NCBI GenBank assembly: GCA_910588825.1
Contig: CAJURF010000009.1
Coordinates: 7,553-71,552, forward strand
DNA from: an uncultured Lachnospiraceae bacterium
GTDB taxonomy: Bacteria > Bacillota > Clostridia > Lachnospirales > Lachnospiraceae
Direction: 5' to 3'
Length of the DNA: 64,000 nucleotides
Shown here: positions 1 to 9,718 of the stretch, in pieces
How positions within the stretch are numbered: position 1 is the first letter of the stretch
How the letters are laid out: each line of letters begins with the position of its first letter
The notes under the pieces: generated by a model
What the model saw: the letters and a program-made list of their open reading frames with translations, nothing else
Told to the model about the DNA's origin: nothing
Databases searched by the model: none
Made by a program: the position numbers and the translations under genes

Positions 1-354
1 CGAAAACGAGGCAGAAGCATCCGCTTTGCGTATGAAGAATTGCTGAAATCTTATTATGAAATGGAAAGCGGTGTCATGGAGGAGCAGGCGTATGAAAATT
101 TTGGAACCAGGTGCGGGCATCCAAAATATCGGACTTTGGCGGCACTTTTGTCCCAAAATCTCAGAAGGGGAAACCGCAGGCTGTTGGAAGTGCTGGAGAG
201 GGAATCCACAGAGGCTTTTGAAGAGAGAAAACGGTATGCCCGCGTGCAGGGAGAGACCGCTGCCGCGAAACTGCTGATTCCCATGGTGCTGCAGCTGGTG
301 ATTGTTTTGATAATTCTTATTGTTCCGGCATGTATATCTTTTTATCAGACATAA
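1..354 (+). CDS. Type II secretion system F-domain protein (TadB/TadC-like), C-terminal fragment; ORF continues upstream of window
   Basis: Frame 1 is open from base 1 with no stop. C-terminal hydrophobic helix (LLIPMVLQLVIVLIILIVPA). Lies immediately upstream of an Flp pilin and TadE/TadV genes. Confidence 0.5.
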   Translation, partial: RKRGRSIRFAYEELLKSYYEMESGVMEEQAYENFGTRCGHPKYRTLAALLSQNLRRGNRRLLEVLERESTEAFEERKRYARVQGETAAAKLLIPMVLQLVIVLIILIVPACISFYQT

Positions 355-397
355 GGAACGGTGTTTGGAAATATCCGTGGAAAGGAGGTGAAGGCCT

Positions 398-565
398 ATG
401 GATGAGCTTTGCGCATTTTTCATTGAGGAGGACGCCATCGGTGTGGTTGAGATCATTCTGATTCTGGTGGTTCTAATCGGACTGGTAGTTATCTTCAAAG
501 ACCAGTTAGTCAAACTGGTGAAAGATATTCTCGAAAAAATTACCACGCAAAGCAACGAAATTTAA
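398..565 (+). CDS. Flp family type IVb pilin (55 aa; absent from supplied ORF track)
   Basis: ATG at 398 is preceded by AGGAGGTGAAGG. The product MDELCAFFIEEDAIG|VVEIILILVVLIGLVV has the Flp G/xxxxE processing motif followed by a hydrophobic helix. It sits between the TadC-like gene and the TadE-like genes. Confidence 0.55.
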   Translation: MDELCAFFIEEDAIGVVEIILILVVLIGLVVIFKDQLVKLVKDILEKITTQSNEI

Positions 566-620
566 AAAAGTAACTGTTAATTATCTTATCTCCACAAGAC
601 AAAAGGAGGTGTGCTCTCTG

Positions 621-2075
621 GTGAGAAGGGGAAGTATAACTGTATTTTTCGCTTTGGTCTTATCTATAGTTATTGTTCTGATTTGTACCAGCATAGAATC
701 TGTGAAAATGATGTGTGCCAGGACGCAGATTGCAAATAGTGCAGATGTGGGGATGTATTCTCTGTTCGCCCAATATGATAAATATCTGCTGGAACACTAT
801 GATTTGTTCTATGTGGATGCATCGTATGGCACCGGTGAACTTCGGATGAGTCAGGTTTACCGTACTGTAGAGGATTACATGGACCCTATTCTGGAACAGA
901 ACTATCTGGATTTATCTATTTGTTCCGGCGGCATTACCAGTTTTGGCCTGGCAACAGATGATCACGGGCAGCCCTTTTATGGCCAGGTGGTCAGTTATAT
1001 GAGAGATACCCTTGGAATCCAGGGAGTGCAGCTTCTCTTGGATAAAATTAAGGAGAACACAGGGGAGGTTGAGGAACAGCAGGAAATGAGGAGACAGGCT
1101 GAGGACGGTAATTCTATGGCGGATTATGACGATGAAATGGCTCGGGCGGGAAATGAGAGTGCTCAGGCAGAAGAACAGCTGCCAGACGGCGGGGCGGCAG
1201 ACGTACCGGAGGTTGTGGTGGAAAATCCCATTGATACCATTCGGGAAATACAGAAAATGGGGATTCTGGAATTGGTAGTTTCAGATCCAGAGGCTTTGTC
1301 AGAACGGGAAATAGAAACCAGTGATCTGGTCTCCCATAGGGAGCTGGAGAGAGGGATGGGAGTGCTGGCTGGAGATGTTTTGCAGAATTCAGCGGCAGAC
1401 CAGGCATTATTTCAGGAATATATTATGCAGAAATGTGGAACATATGCACATCCCTCCAGGGGCAGCGGTCTAAAGTATCAGGCGGAGTATATAATTGGAC
1501 AGTCTGGAAGTGATAAAGAGAATCTGAAAAAGACAGCCAATCGGCTGCTGCTTATCAGGGAGGGGGTAAACTTTGCCCATTTATATACAGATCCAGGAAA
1601 AAGATCACAGAGTGCAGCTCTGGCAGCGGCCATTGCCAGCGGATTTCTGGTACCTCCCGCAGCAGGGGTGATTGAGATGGTGATTCTGCTGTGCTGGTCA
1701 TTTGCGGAAAGTGTTTTGGACGTAAAGGCATTGTTTGACGGGAGCAGGGTGCCTTTGTTGAAAAACGTACAGAATTGGAATTTATCTTTGGAAAATCTTC
1801 CAAATTTGCTGAACGAACTGACTGTACAGCGCTCAGGCGGGGATGAACGGGGGCTTAACTATGAGGATTATCTGCGGGCATTACTCTTTTTGGAATCAAC
1901 AGACAGTAAGATTATGGGGAGTATGGATATGATTGAAGCGGATATCCGCAATCAGCCGGGAAGAGAAAATTTCCGCATGGACTGTTGTCTGGATGCCATG
2001 GAGGTGGAGATAGATGTGCGTGTGAATCAGACAAGAACATATACCGTTCTGCATCAGTATGGGTATAATTTATAA
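621..2075 (+). CDS. TadE/TadG-like pilus assembly protein with large extracytoplasmic C-terminal domain
   Basis: N-terminus RRGSITVFFALVLSIVIVLI resembles the TadE-like pseudopilin segment and is followed by about 450 aa of soluble domain. GTG 621 is preferred over GTG 609 because of SD spacing from AGGAGG at 604-609. Confidence 0.5.
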   Translation: MRRGSITVFFALVLSIVIVLICTSIESVKMMCARTQIANSADVGMYSLFAQYDKYLLEHYDLFYVDASYGTGELRMSQVYRTVEDYMDPILEQNYLDLSICSGGITSFGLATDDHGQPFYGQVVSYMRDTLGIQGVQLLLDKIKENTGEVEEQQEMRRQAEDGNSMADYDDEMARAGNESAQAEEQLPDGGAADVPEVVVENPIDTIREIQKMGILELVVSDPEALSEREIETSDLVSHRELERGMGVLAGDVLQNSAADQALFQEYIMQKCGTYAHPSRGSGLKYQAEYIIGQSGSDKENLKKTANRLLLIREGVNFAHLYTDPGKRSQSAALAAAIASGFLVPPAAGVIEMVILLCWSFAESVLDVKALFDGSRVPLLKNVQNWNLSLENLPNLLNELTVQRSGGDERGLNYEDYLRALLFLESTDSKIMGSMDMIEADIRNQPGRENFRMDCCLDAMEVEIDVRVNQTRTYTVLHQYGYNL

Positions 2076-2097
2076 TGTGTCAGGGAGGTGTCAAAAC

Positions 2098-2871
2098 ATG
2101 CTTTTTGCCAAAAAACAGAGAAAAGAATTATTGAATATCCCGAATAAAAAGTTTTTGCGTAAATACTCTCTTCGAATAATGTCTGTTCTGCAATCCCCGA
2201 ATACCAGAGCAGACCCTTGGCAAAAAGCATTTTTTGGCACCTTGCGAAAAGGTGTTCTGACTGTGGAATTGGCTTTTGTTCTGCCGTTGTTTCTGATGGG
2301 TACCCTTACTTTGATTGGCTTTATGGATGTGATGAGAGTGCAGACAGAAAAAATCAGCCGCCTGTGTGAAAAGGCCATGGAAATGGGGGTATATGCGTAT
2401 GTGGCAGGAGAAAGAGTTCCTGTAATTGAAATACCGGAGATTTATACCTACCGCCTGCCAGTCTCCATTGTGCCGCTTTTGCCTATGGTGATCACAAATA
2501 GGGGCAGGGTGCACAGCTGGACGGGAATGGATGACAGAGCAGCACTGGAACATGAAGAGGAGATGGTTTATATGGCAGCTTCTGGAAATGTTTATCATGA
2601 TAATCCCCGGTGCAGTTATCTGGATTTGTCTATTTCTCAGGCTTCAGGCAGAGAAGCAGAGCATTTGAGAAATCAACAGGGAGCCAGATATACCCCTTGC
2701 GGGTCATGCGCAAAAGGAACGGCTCCAGCAGATATTATATATATTACCGGACAGGGCACCCGGTATCACAATCGGGTTCGGTGCAGCCGTCTGAAGAGGA
2801 CAGTCCGCATGGTTTTGGTGTCGGAGACGAATGGGCGGTCTCTGTGCTCCAGGTGCGGGCGGAATCAGTGA
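2098..2871 (+). CDS. TadE-like pseudopilin with Cys-rich C-terminal module
   Basis: GVLTVELAFVLPLFLMGTLTL TadE-like motif. SD GGGAGGTG lies 7 nt upstream of ATG 2098. C-terminus has a duplicated YHxNxRCSxL...CxxC motif. Confidence 0.55.
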   Translation: MLFAKKQRKELLNIPNKKFLRKYSLRIMSVLQSPNTRADPWQKAFFGTLRKGVLTVELAFVLPLFLMGTLTLIGFMDVMRVQTEKISRLCEKAMEMGVYAYVAGERVPVIEIPEIYTYRLPVSIVPLLPMVITNRGRVHSWTGMDDRAALEHEEEMVYMAASGNVYHDNPRCSYLDLSISQASGREAEHLRNQQGARYTPCGSCAKGTAPADIIYITGQGTRYHNRVRCSRLKRTVRMVLVSETNGRSLCSRCGRNQ

Positions 2872-2883
2872 GGAGGATCAGTG

Positions 2884-3309
2884 ATGGAGCAGATATGTGT
2901 ATTGAGTTTTTTGAGTGTGAATAGTTTTCAGGATATCAGGAAAAAGCAGGTTTATTTAAGTGCTGTTGTGGTTTATGGGATTCTGGGAATTTTATATATT
3001 TTTTTGCACAGGGATCATTTGGAGGTTTTACTGCTGGGGGCGCTGCCAGGCATACTGCTGATGTGTGTGGGAAAAATCAGCGGGGGCGCACTGGGGCTGG
3101 GAGATGGTCTGGCTGTCATGATTTCCGGCATCTATATGGGAATTTGGAAAACATTGGAATTCATAGCTCTGTCTCTTTTGATGGCGGCAGTATGGGCGGG
3201 ATTTCTGATGTTTGTGAAAAAGAAGGGGAGAAAGGCAAGTTTCCCCTTTGTGCCATTTATGCTGGCAGCGTACGTGGTGCTCTGCCTGATACAGACTGTG
3301 GAGGGATAG
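2884..3309 (+). CDS. A24-family prepilin peptidase (TadV/CpaA-like)
   Basis: Small polytopic membrane protein with GGALGLGDGLAVM motif. SD GAGGAGGA upstream. In a Tad locus. Confidence 0.65.
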   Translation: MEQICVLSFLSVNSFQDIRKKQVYLSAVVVYGILGILYIFLHRDHLEVLLLGALPGILLMCVGKISGGALGLGDGLAVMISGIYMGIWKTLEFIALSLLMAAVWAGFLMFVKKKGRKASFPFVPFMLAAYVVLCLIQTVEG

Positions 3310-3312
3310 AAA

Positions 3313-3768
3313 ATGCACAATGCTGGGGCGAAAGGGAGATGGAGCAGAGGAAGTCTGACAGTTGAAACGGCGCTGTGTATGCCGCTTATACTGCTTGTGT
3401 GGATGGGGACTGTGTCCGTGTGTCTGTTTGTACACAACCGGGCATGGCTGACCGCTGCTGCTTATGAATCGGCGGTCACTGGAAGCTGGGATGCTGTCTG
3501 TACATATGGAGATGTAGAAGAACAGGCCAGGGAGAAACTGCGGATTCTCCTGCAGCAGTCGCTGTATGGTTCCGGGGATATCCAGACAGACGTTGTAAAA
3601 GATGGAGAAACATTGAAAGTAATGATAGAAGGCAGACATGATACATACAAAGGACTGAGGTGGGAGTTTCATATTGAGGGCAGCAGAAAGCTGTGCCGCC
3701 CGGTTCCTTTTATACGAAAAGCAAAAATTCTTCGGGAAACTGGCAGGCAGTTAGGAGGCGGTTCGTAA
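3313..3768 (+). CDS. TadE-like pilus assembly protein
   Basis: SLTVETALCMPLILLVWMGTVSV N-terminal TadE motif. Tightly coupled to flanking genes. Confidence 0.6.
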   Translation: MHNAGAKGRWSRGSLTVETALCMPLILLVWMGTVSVCLFVHNRAWLTAAAYESAVTGSWDAVCTYGDVEEQAREKLRILLQQSLYGSGDIQTDVVKDGETLKVMIEGRHDTYKGLRWEFHIEGSRKLCRPVPFIRKAKILRETGRQLGGGS

Positions 3769-5063
3769 TGGAGGTGAGCTATAAGCGGGATGTGAACCAT
3801 ACTTTTATGGTCATACGGCTGGATGGAGAGATAGATACAAAGGCGTATCCGGTTCGGATGGTGTTAGGAAATGTAATTCCAGGACTGCTTCCCTGCAGAA
3901 TGCAAAAAGCGGATGGAGATATTCTGCTGTACTATGATATTACAAACCGGCAGTGCCTGGCGGATGCATATGGAAAACTCACCTATGTGGAATTAAAAGA
4001 GATTTATCAGCGGTTTCTGAAAATATTTGAACAGATGGAAGTGTATTTGCTGAACTTAGACCAATTGCTTCTGGAAGCGGAGTATGTATATGTGGATAAA
4101 AAAGAAGGGGACATGTCTTTGTGCTATCTTCCAGGGTATGAAAAGCCTGTTCAGGAACAGCTGCGCTGTTTTACAGAGTATCTTCTGCCGCGTATGGAAC
4201 ATCAGGATTCTCAGGGGGTAATGCTGGGTTACGGAATCTACCGCCTGATGGTGGAAGATGGATTTCAGATGGAAAATGTGCGGGAGCTTCTGCATCAATC
4301 CGAAAAGCAGAGAAACGGTCCGGAGACACCCACAGGTGAATCTATTCCAAGGCAGGAGGCTGAGGATGATTGGGCGGCAATGGAATACGAAGAAGAAAAG
4401 AAGGGCGGGGAAAGAAAAGAGGATTCACAGAAAAACATGTGGGTAAAAGACTTGATTATGATTTTCACAGGGCTGTTCTTGTTTGGTGGTTTTGCGGGTT
4501 TAAAAAGTCTGGGGTACTTTTCATGGCTGACTGTGCCTATGATGCTGGCGGTACTTTTTTGTCTGGTGTTAGGTATGGGAGTTATCTTTTTGAGCGGCAG
4601 AAAGAAAGATATGGTAAATGAACATGTGGATAAAGAAACAGCTGAAAATACAATAGATGAGCCGCGGGAAAGAGTGGAGTTTCCGGATTTTTTGCATAAA
4701 GAGGTGGATGAAGATGCAGCTGGAGAGGAAACAGTGGTCTTGTATAGAAATCCGGAATATGAATATCCGGTGCTTGTGTGCGAAGAACCGGGGCAGGCTC
4801 CTCCGATTGTTCTCAATCGCGAAATGCTTATAATAGGAAAAGTAGATGGCGTATCCGATGTATTGCTGAACAGGGTTTCTGTCAGCCGTGTACATGCCAA
4901 AATCTGTAAAAAGGACAATGAATACTGGATTAGTGACCTTAATTCTAAAAATGGGACATTTATCAATGGGAAAAAATTGGAAAAGGAAGAGGAATATCCG
5001 CTCCAGTCTGAAGATCAGGTGGTTTTTGCAGATGTATGTTACCGTTTTGTGAAAAACCGCTAA
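3768..5063 (+). CDS. FHA domain-containing membrane protein (Tad-associated)
   Basis: ATG overlaps upstream TAA (TAATG), with AGGAGG 10 nt upstream. Two TM helices mid-protein. C-terminal FHA signature (LIIGKVDGVSDVLLNRVSVSRVHAKI...YWISDLNSKNGTFINGK). Confidence 0.7.
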   Translation: MEVSYKRDVNHTFMVIRLDGEIDTKAYPVRMVLGNVIPGLLPCRMQKADGDILLYYDITNRQCLADAYGKLTYVELKEIYQRFLKIFEQMEVYLLNLDQLLLEAEYVYVDKKEGDMSLCYLPGYEKPVQEQLRCFTEYLLPRMEHQDSQGVMLGYGIYRLMVEDGFQMENVRELLHQSEKQRNGPETPTGESIPRQEAEDDWAAMEYEEEKKGGERKEDSQKNMWVKDLIMIFTGLFLFGGFAGLKSLGYFSWLTVPMMLAVLFCLVLGMGVIFLSGRKKDMVNEHVDKETAENTIDEPRERVEFPDFLHKEVDEDAAGEETVVLYRNPEYEYPVLVCEEPGQAPPIVLNREMLIIGKVDGVSDVLLNRVSVSRVHAKICKKDNEYWISDLNSKNGTFINGKKLEKEEEYPLQSEDQVVFADVCYRFVKNR

Positions 5064-5158
5064 ATGGTATGTTAGTTCTTTACATTCGTTTCAAGTTGTG
5101 ATTTAATGATCAAAGTCAATGTTATTCGCATATCAGTGTCTTGAAGGCAGGTTGGACA

Positions 5159-5764
5159 ATGGAGAAAAGAGTTTCTGTAAGTACAGCAATCATAGCTTTA
5201 AATAGTATCGTTTTCCTGATCGTAGAGTTCACAGGCGGTAGTTCGGACCTGGAGCATATGATATCCTGGGGGGCAGCCTATGCGCCGCTGATTACAGAAG
5301 AACAGGAATACTATCGTTTAATCTCTTGTATGTTTCTTCATTTTGGCATGGAGCATTTGGTCAATAATATGCTGGCCCTGTATTTTGTGGGAGGGCGTCT
5401 GGAGCATGAGGTGGGAAAACTCAGATTTGCGGTAATTTATTTTGCCGGCGGAGGGGCCGGAAGCGTACTGTCTTACTATATGGATATTCGAAATGGGACA
5501 GCATATGTTTCGGTGGGCGCTTCCGGCGCCGTATTTGCCGTAATTGGGGCGATGATTTATGTCCTGATTCTGAATCGGGGCCAGTTGGAAGGGCTGGCCA
5601 TACGTCAGATGGTTTTTATGGCCGCATTATCTTTATATTACGGATTTGCAAGTCAGGGGATTGACAATGCGGCTCATGTGGGCGGTTTCCTGAGCGGCTT
5701 TGTTCTGGCATTGGTTTTATACCATCGAAAGCACAGGCCCGGGTGTGTTTTGGATGCATCTTAA
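5159..5764 (+). CDS. Rhomboid family intramembrane serine protease
   Basis: GASGAVFAVIG catalytic Ser motif and AHVGGFLSG catalytic His motif in a multi-TM protein. Confidence 0.8.
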   Translation: MEKRVSVSTAIIALNSIVFLIVEFTGGSSDLEHMISWGAAYAPLITEEQEYYRLISCMFLHFGMEHLVNNMLALYFVGGRLEHEVGKLRFAVIYFAGGGAGSVLSYYMDIRNGTAYVSVGASGAVFAVIGAMIYVLILNRGQLEGLAIRQMVFMAALSLYYGFASQGIDNAAHVGGFLSGFVLALVLYHRKHRPGCVLDAS

Positions 5765-5780
5765 ATGTATTAAAGATGTA

Positions 5781-6464
5781 TTAAGGGTATGGAAAAGACA
5801 AAATGAAAGTTGTTTCCACTCCCGGCTGGGATGAAAAATCAATACTTCCCCCATGGGCCTGTATAATTTGTTTTACGATGGTAAGGCCCAGCCCCGTTCC
5901 GTTTTCTTTGTAGGTGATAAAGGGGTCAAAAATGGTAGACTGGTATTCTGGCTCAATACCGCATCCGTTATCACGGATCAAAATCAGGAATGCGCCAGGT
6001 TCTTTTTCGGTAATGATATGTATGACACCGTCTTTGTCCACAGATTCGCTGGCATTGCGTATCAGATTGAGCAGTGCCTGCTGAATTTTTATAGTATCCA
6101 GTGACAGTACAATATCTGTTTCCGGAATATGATTCTCGTAAATTAAGCGGATGCCCAGGTACTGATAAGTGGGCTTTAATTCCTGCATGAGTTTTTCCAG
6201 GTAAGAAAAAATGTGAACAGGCTTTTGGTGAAGCTGCCAGGAATTGTTGTAAAGGGATAATTCATCCAGTAAATTCTTTAAAAAATCCATCTGATCCTGG
6301 ATATCCGCCCAATATTCAAAATCTTCTGCTTCTGGATGTGCCCGCTCAATGAACTGCAGATAGCTGTTGATCAAAGTGACGGGATTTCTGATTTCATGGG
6401 AAATTTTAGAAAGTGTAAATTGATAGTCTTGTTTTATTTGTTCTATTGTTTTCGTCTCTGACAT
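5781..6464 (-). CDS. Sensor histidine kinase, cytoplasmic core only (HisKA + HATPase)
   Basis: H-box SHEIRNPVT, N/G boxes NLIRNA, DNGCGI and GTGLGL. No TM or sensor domain. Confidence 0.8.
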   Translation of the reverse strand: MSETKTIEQIKQDYQFTLSKISHEIRNPVTLINSYLQFIERAHPEAEDFEYWADIQDQMDFLKNLLDELSLYNNSWQLHQKPVHIFSYLEKLMQELKPTYQYLGIRLIYENHIPETDIVLSLDTIKIQQALLNLIRNASESVDKDGVIHIITEKEPGAFLILIRDNGCGIEPEYQSTIFDPFITYKENGTGLGLTIVKQIIQAHGGSIDFSSQPGVETTFILSFPYP

Positions 6465-6748
6465 GGGGTAACCTGTGCTTTCTATGGTTGGTTATATGTG
6501 TATAAGATATGTTTCAGTATGTGCAGAAGTTGTGAATATTTTTATTCTTTTATAGTATCATTTTGCTGGTATTATGGCAATGATAATTTATCGACTAATA
6601 TTTATATGAATATATCGCAATCGACATGTTTGGAGCCATGATTGTTCTGCTGATTCAGGGTATGAGTCTGCCATATGGAAAACGATATTAACAGTTGCAC
6701 TATTGTAAAGACAGGTGTTATAATAATAAAAAATGGAGGTGACCAGTT

Positions 6749-7147
6749 ATGGAGTGTATTTTTTGTAAAATTGCAAATGGAGAAATTCCGTCAACAACCT
6801 TGTATGAAGACAATGACTTTCGTGTGATTCTGGATGTGAATCCGGCCAGTAAAGGACATACGTTGATATTACCTAAAAAACATGCGGAAAATCTTTACGA
6901 TCTGCCGGATGAAACAGCGTCTAAGGCTTTGGTTCTGGCTAAGAATATGGCATCTAAAATAGAAAAGGCACTGGAGTGTGACGGGTTAAATCTGGTGCAG
7001 AATAACGGGGAGACTGCAGGTCAGACGGTTTTTCATTTTCATATGCATATTATACCTAGATATAAAAATGACAGTGTGAAATTGGGATGGAAACCAGGAA
7101 AGCTGTCAGATGCCATGCGGGAGGAACTGTTGTCTGCTTTGAAATAG
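6749..7147 (+). CDS. HIT family (histidine triad) hydrolase
   Basis: HFHMHIIP histidine triad. SD GGAGGTGA upstream. Confidence 0.85.
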   Translation: MECIFCKIANGEIPSTTLYEDNDFRVILDVNPASKGHTLILPKKHAENLYDLPDETASKALVLAKNMASKIEKALECDGLNLVQNNGETAGQTVFHFHMHIIPRYKNDSVKLGWKPGKLSDAMREELLSALK

Positions 7148-7322
7148 GGGGGGCTTAAGAAGGATCAGTAAGGAGCAGCGGGAAAATAACTGACATATTC
7201 TATCCTGACTTGTCTATTTCTCCGATTGCACAGGTGAAAAGCCTTGCGATGCCAGCATTTCCTGCGTTTTTTGACCTGTACACTCGAAGAAATATCCTGG
7301 GTAATCTGTATCAGTTATTTTT

Positions 7323-8402
7323 CTACAGCTCCTTATGAGAAGATGTGATTTCCTCAAACAAATTGGTGATGCGTGTGATAGAATCCATGAGATTACTTTG
7401 CTTCATGGAATCAATATAAGTGTCCCGATGGGAGTGCAGTTTTCGTATAGCGGATAATAGTGTTTTCTCGGTGATATTATCTTCTTCCAGTACGATGCTG
7501 AACTTCTGCCGTTCAAAAGAACGGGCATTGAGAATCTGGTCGCCCCGGCTGGCCCTGGCTGGCAGGGGAATCAGCAGATTCGGTTTTTGCAAAGCAAGAA
7601 TTTCGCAGATTGCGTTAGCACCGGCACGGGATATAATTAAGTCGGAAATGGCAAAAAGGTCGGCCAGTTCATCCTTTATGTATTCGAATTGAACATAGCC
7701 TTCTGTTTGTTTTAATGAAGCATCTAATTTGTCTTTTCCGCACAGGTGGATGACGTGAAAGTCGGGCAGCAGGCTGGGGAGTATCCTGCGGATATTTTCA
7801 TTAACAGAGGCGGCTCCCAGACTTCCGCCCATGACCAGAATTACAGGCTTACGGGTGGAAAATCCGCAAAATGTCATTGCTTTTTCTGCATTTCCCCGTA
7901 ACAGCTCCTGACGGATAGGGCTGCCTGTGAGTACTGCTTTTTCAGCAGGCAGATGTTCCACTGTTTCGGGAAAGTTGCAGCATACCTTAACAGCAGAAGG
8001 AATGGCCAGCTTATTTGCCAGTCCAGGCGTCATATCGGATTCGTGTATAATGGCGGGGATGTGCTGATGTTTTGCGGCAATCACCACAGGAACAGTTACA
8101 AATCCGCCTTTTGAGAAGACGAGATCGGGCTTTAACTTTTTCAGCAATTTACGGGCTTGGACATATCCTTTGAGCACGCGGAAAGGATCGGAAAAATTCT
8201 TCCAATCAAAATAGCGCCTTAATTTGCCGGATTCGATACCATAATATGGAATGTTGAGTTCTTCGATTAATTTTTTTTCAATTCCGTCCAATGAGCCAAT
8301 ATAGGAAATTTGATAGCCTAAATCTGATAACCGTGGAATCAGGGCTATATTGGGGGTCACATGGCCGGCTGTACCGCCGCCAGTTAGAACAATATGTTTC
8401 AT
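7323..8402 (-). CDS. murG: UDP-N-acetylglucosamine--N-acetylmuramyl-(pentapeptide) pyrophosphoryl-undecaprenol N-acetylglucosamine transferase
   Basis: N-terminal GGGTAGHVTP motif. Length and architecture fit MurG. Confidence 0.9.
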   Translation of the reverse strand: MKHIVLTGGGTAGHVTPNIALIPRLSDLGYQISYIGSLDGIEKKLIEELNIPYYGIESGKLRRYFDWKNFSDPFRVLKGYVQARKLLKKLKPDLVFSKGGFVTVPVVIAAKHQHIPAIIHESDMTPGLANKLAIPSAVKVCCNFPETVEHLPAEKAVLTGSPIRQELLRGNAEKAMTFCGFSTRKPVILVMGGSLGAASVNENIRRILPSLLPDFHVIHLCGKDKLDASLKQTEGYVQFEYIKDELADLFAISDLIISRAGANAICEILALQKPNLLIPLPARASRGDQILNARSFERQKFSIVLEEDNITEKTLLSAIRKLHSHRDTYIDSMKQSNLMDSITRITNLFEEITSSHKEL

Positions 8403-8838
8403 AGATAATTTTCCTCCTGAATCTTATTCCTGGAACGTGTTTAAAAATACTTTATGTCAACCGCATGGCGGCGTAGATGATTTTTAAAACACGCGCTAAC
8501 AGGCGGGCAGCCTGCATATTAAAACTTTCAAGCACACTCTGGAGTGTGAAGTAAAGTGCCAGACATTATGTCAGAATTGAGGCAATAAGCTGTCATATAT
8601 TACGAAGAATTTGCGCAGTTTGGTCAAAATAGCAGAGCAGATATCTAAAGGAGCGTCTGCGTTTGTCCACAAAGAGGGGGCGCAGGCAGTGTGAATGAAT
8701 GTTCAAACACACTTTCATAAATTATATGACGGATTGATCAAAAGATTTCGTTCTTTTGATGTTCTAGAACGTGTTTCAAACGCGCTCTAATCATAATGAA
8801 CCCCTTTAGAAAAATTGTCAAGATGAGATGGAGCTTAA

Positions 8839-9651
8839 ATGGGAAAAAAAACTAAATTTGATAAATTGAATGAGTGGATAAAAAAAGAATATGACCGGGA
8901 GACTCAGGAAATAGAAGACAGCCTCAGCAAGGACGGCTCTTTTGACCCCAATCGGGTGAATAGTGAGGAATTGTTCCGGCGCATACAGGCGGGGATTAAG
9001 GAGAGAGAAGAACAAAAAGAAGAACAGAAAAGAGAACCTGGAGCACAGCAGAAGAAGGTGGGGATAAGCAGATATCAGGTTAGAAAATGGGCAGCTCTTT
9101 TTTTCGTGACCATTATAGGTGTTTTTCTGGCGAGTATGACCAGTGAGGCAAACAGATCTTATTTAATGTATAAGATACAGTATTTGGTTGGGGATGAAGT
9201 GGTTCTGAATGAGGGGAATGATGTCGTTCAGAATATTACAAAGAAATGGCAGGACGAAAAACAAGAAGTACAGGAAATTGAGGAAGAATTGGGCATTCCA
9301 ATCCCATATTTTCGATATATGTTAGAGTCATATACAAATAACATATACAATATTCAACATGGGAGTGCTATTGCAGTTATTGAATATCAATGTGCAGATA
9401 GTCTTGTTAATTTGCGGGCATTTAATAGAAATAAAGCAGACATAGCAGGAATAGATTTTCAGGGGAAAGTAATAGAGGAATTAAGTCTTATGGAGGGAAC
9501 AGTAGATATGTCTGTAATGGAAATAAAAGAGCCTGAGGATGAAATGGCTACCCTAGCCGCACAATGGACATATAAAGAAGGGTATTATCAGCTAAGTGGA
9601 AAAATTGAGGAAAGTGAGTTTATAAAGATTTTAAAGAGCATAGCTTATTAA
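8839..9651 (+). CDS. Hypothetical single-pass membrane protein (charged N-terminal cytoplasmic segment, extracytoplasmic C-terminal domain; anti-sigma-like layout)
   Basis: SD GGAG. KE-rich N-terminus, one TM (AALFFVTIIGVFLASM). Low GC. Confidence 0.45.
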   Translation: MGKKTKFDKLNEWIKKEYDRETQEIEDSLSKDGSFDPNRVNSEELFRRIQAGIKEREEQKEEQKREPGAQQKKVGISRYQVRKWAALFFVTIIGVFLASMTSEANRSYLMYKIQYLVGDEVVLNEGNDVVQNITKKWQDEKQEVQEIEEELGIPIPYFRYMLESYTNNIYNIQHGSAIAVIEYQCADSLVNLRAFNRNKADIAGIDFQGKVIEELSLMEGTVDMSVMEIKEPEDEMATLAAQWTYKEGYYQLSGKIEESEFIKILKSIAY

Positions 9652-9718
9652 AACGTTACATTTTTGATTTATTAACGTATATATTATGTGGTGTAAGTAT
9701 GACAGTATGAGGTATTGA

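Noticed and set aside
7148-7322. Possible terminator hairpin between convergent HIT and murG genes (around 7225-7270, ...gcaggtgaaaagcc...gccagcatttcctgcgTTTTTT)
   Set aside because: The stem is imperfect with bulges. It was not listed as a feature, although the T-run makes a terminator plausible.
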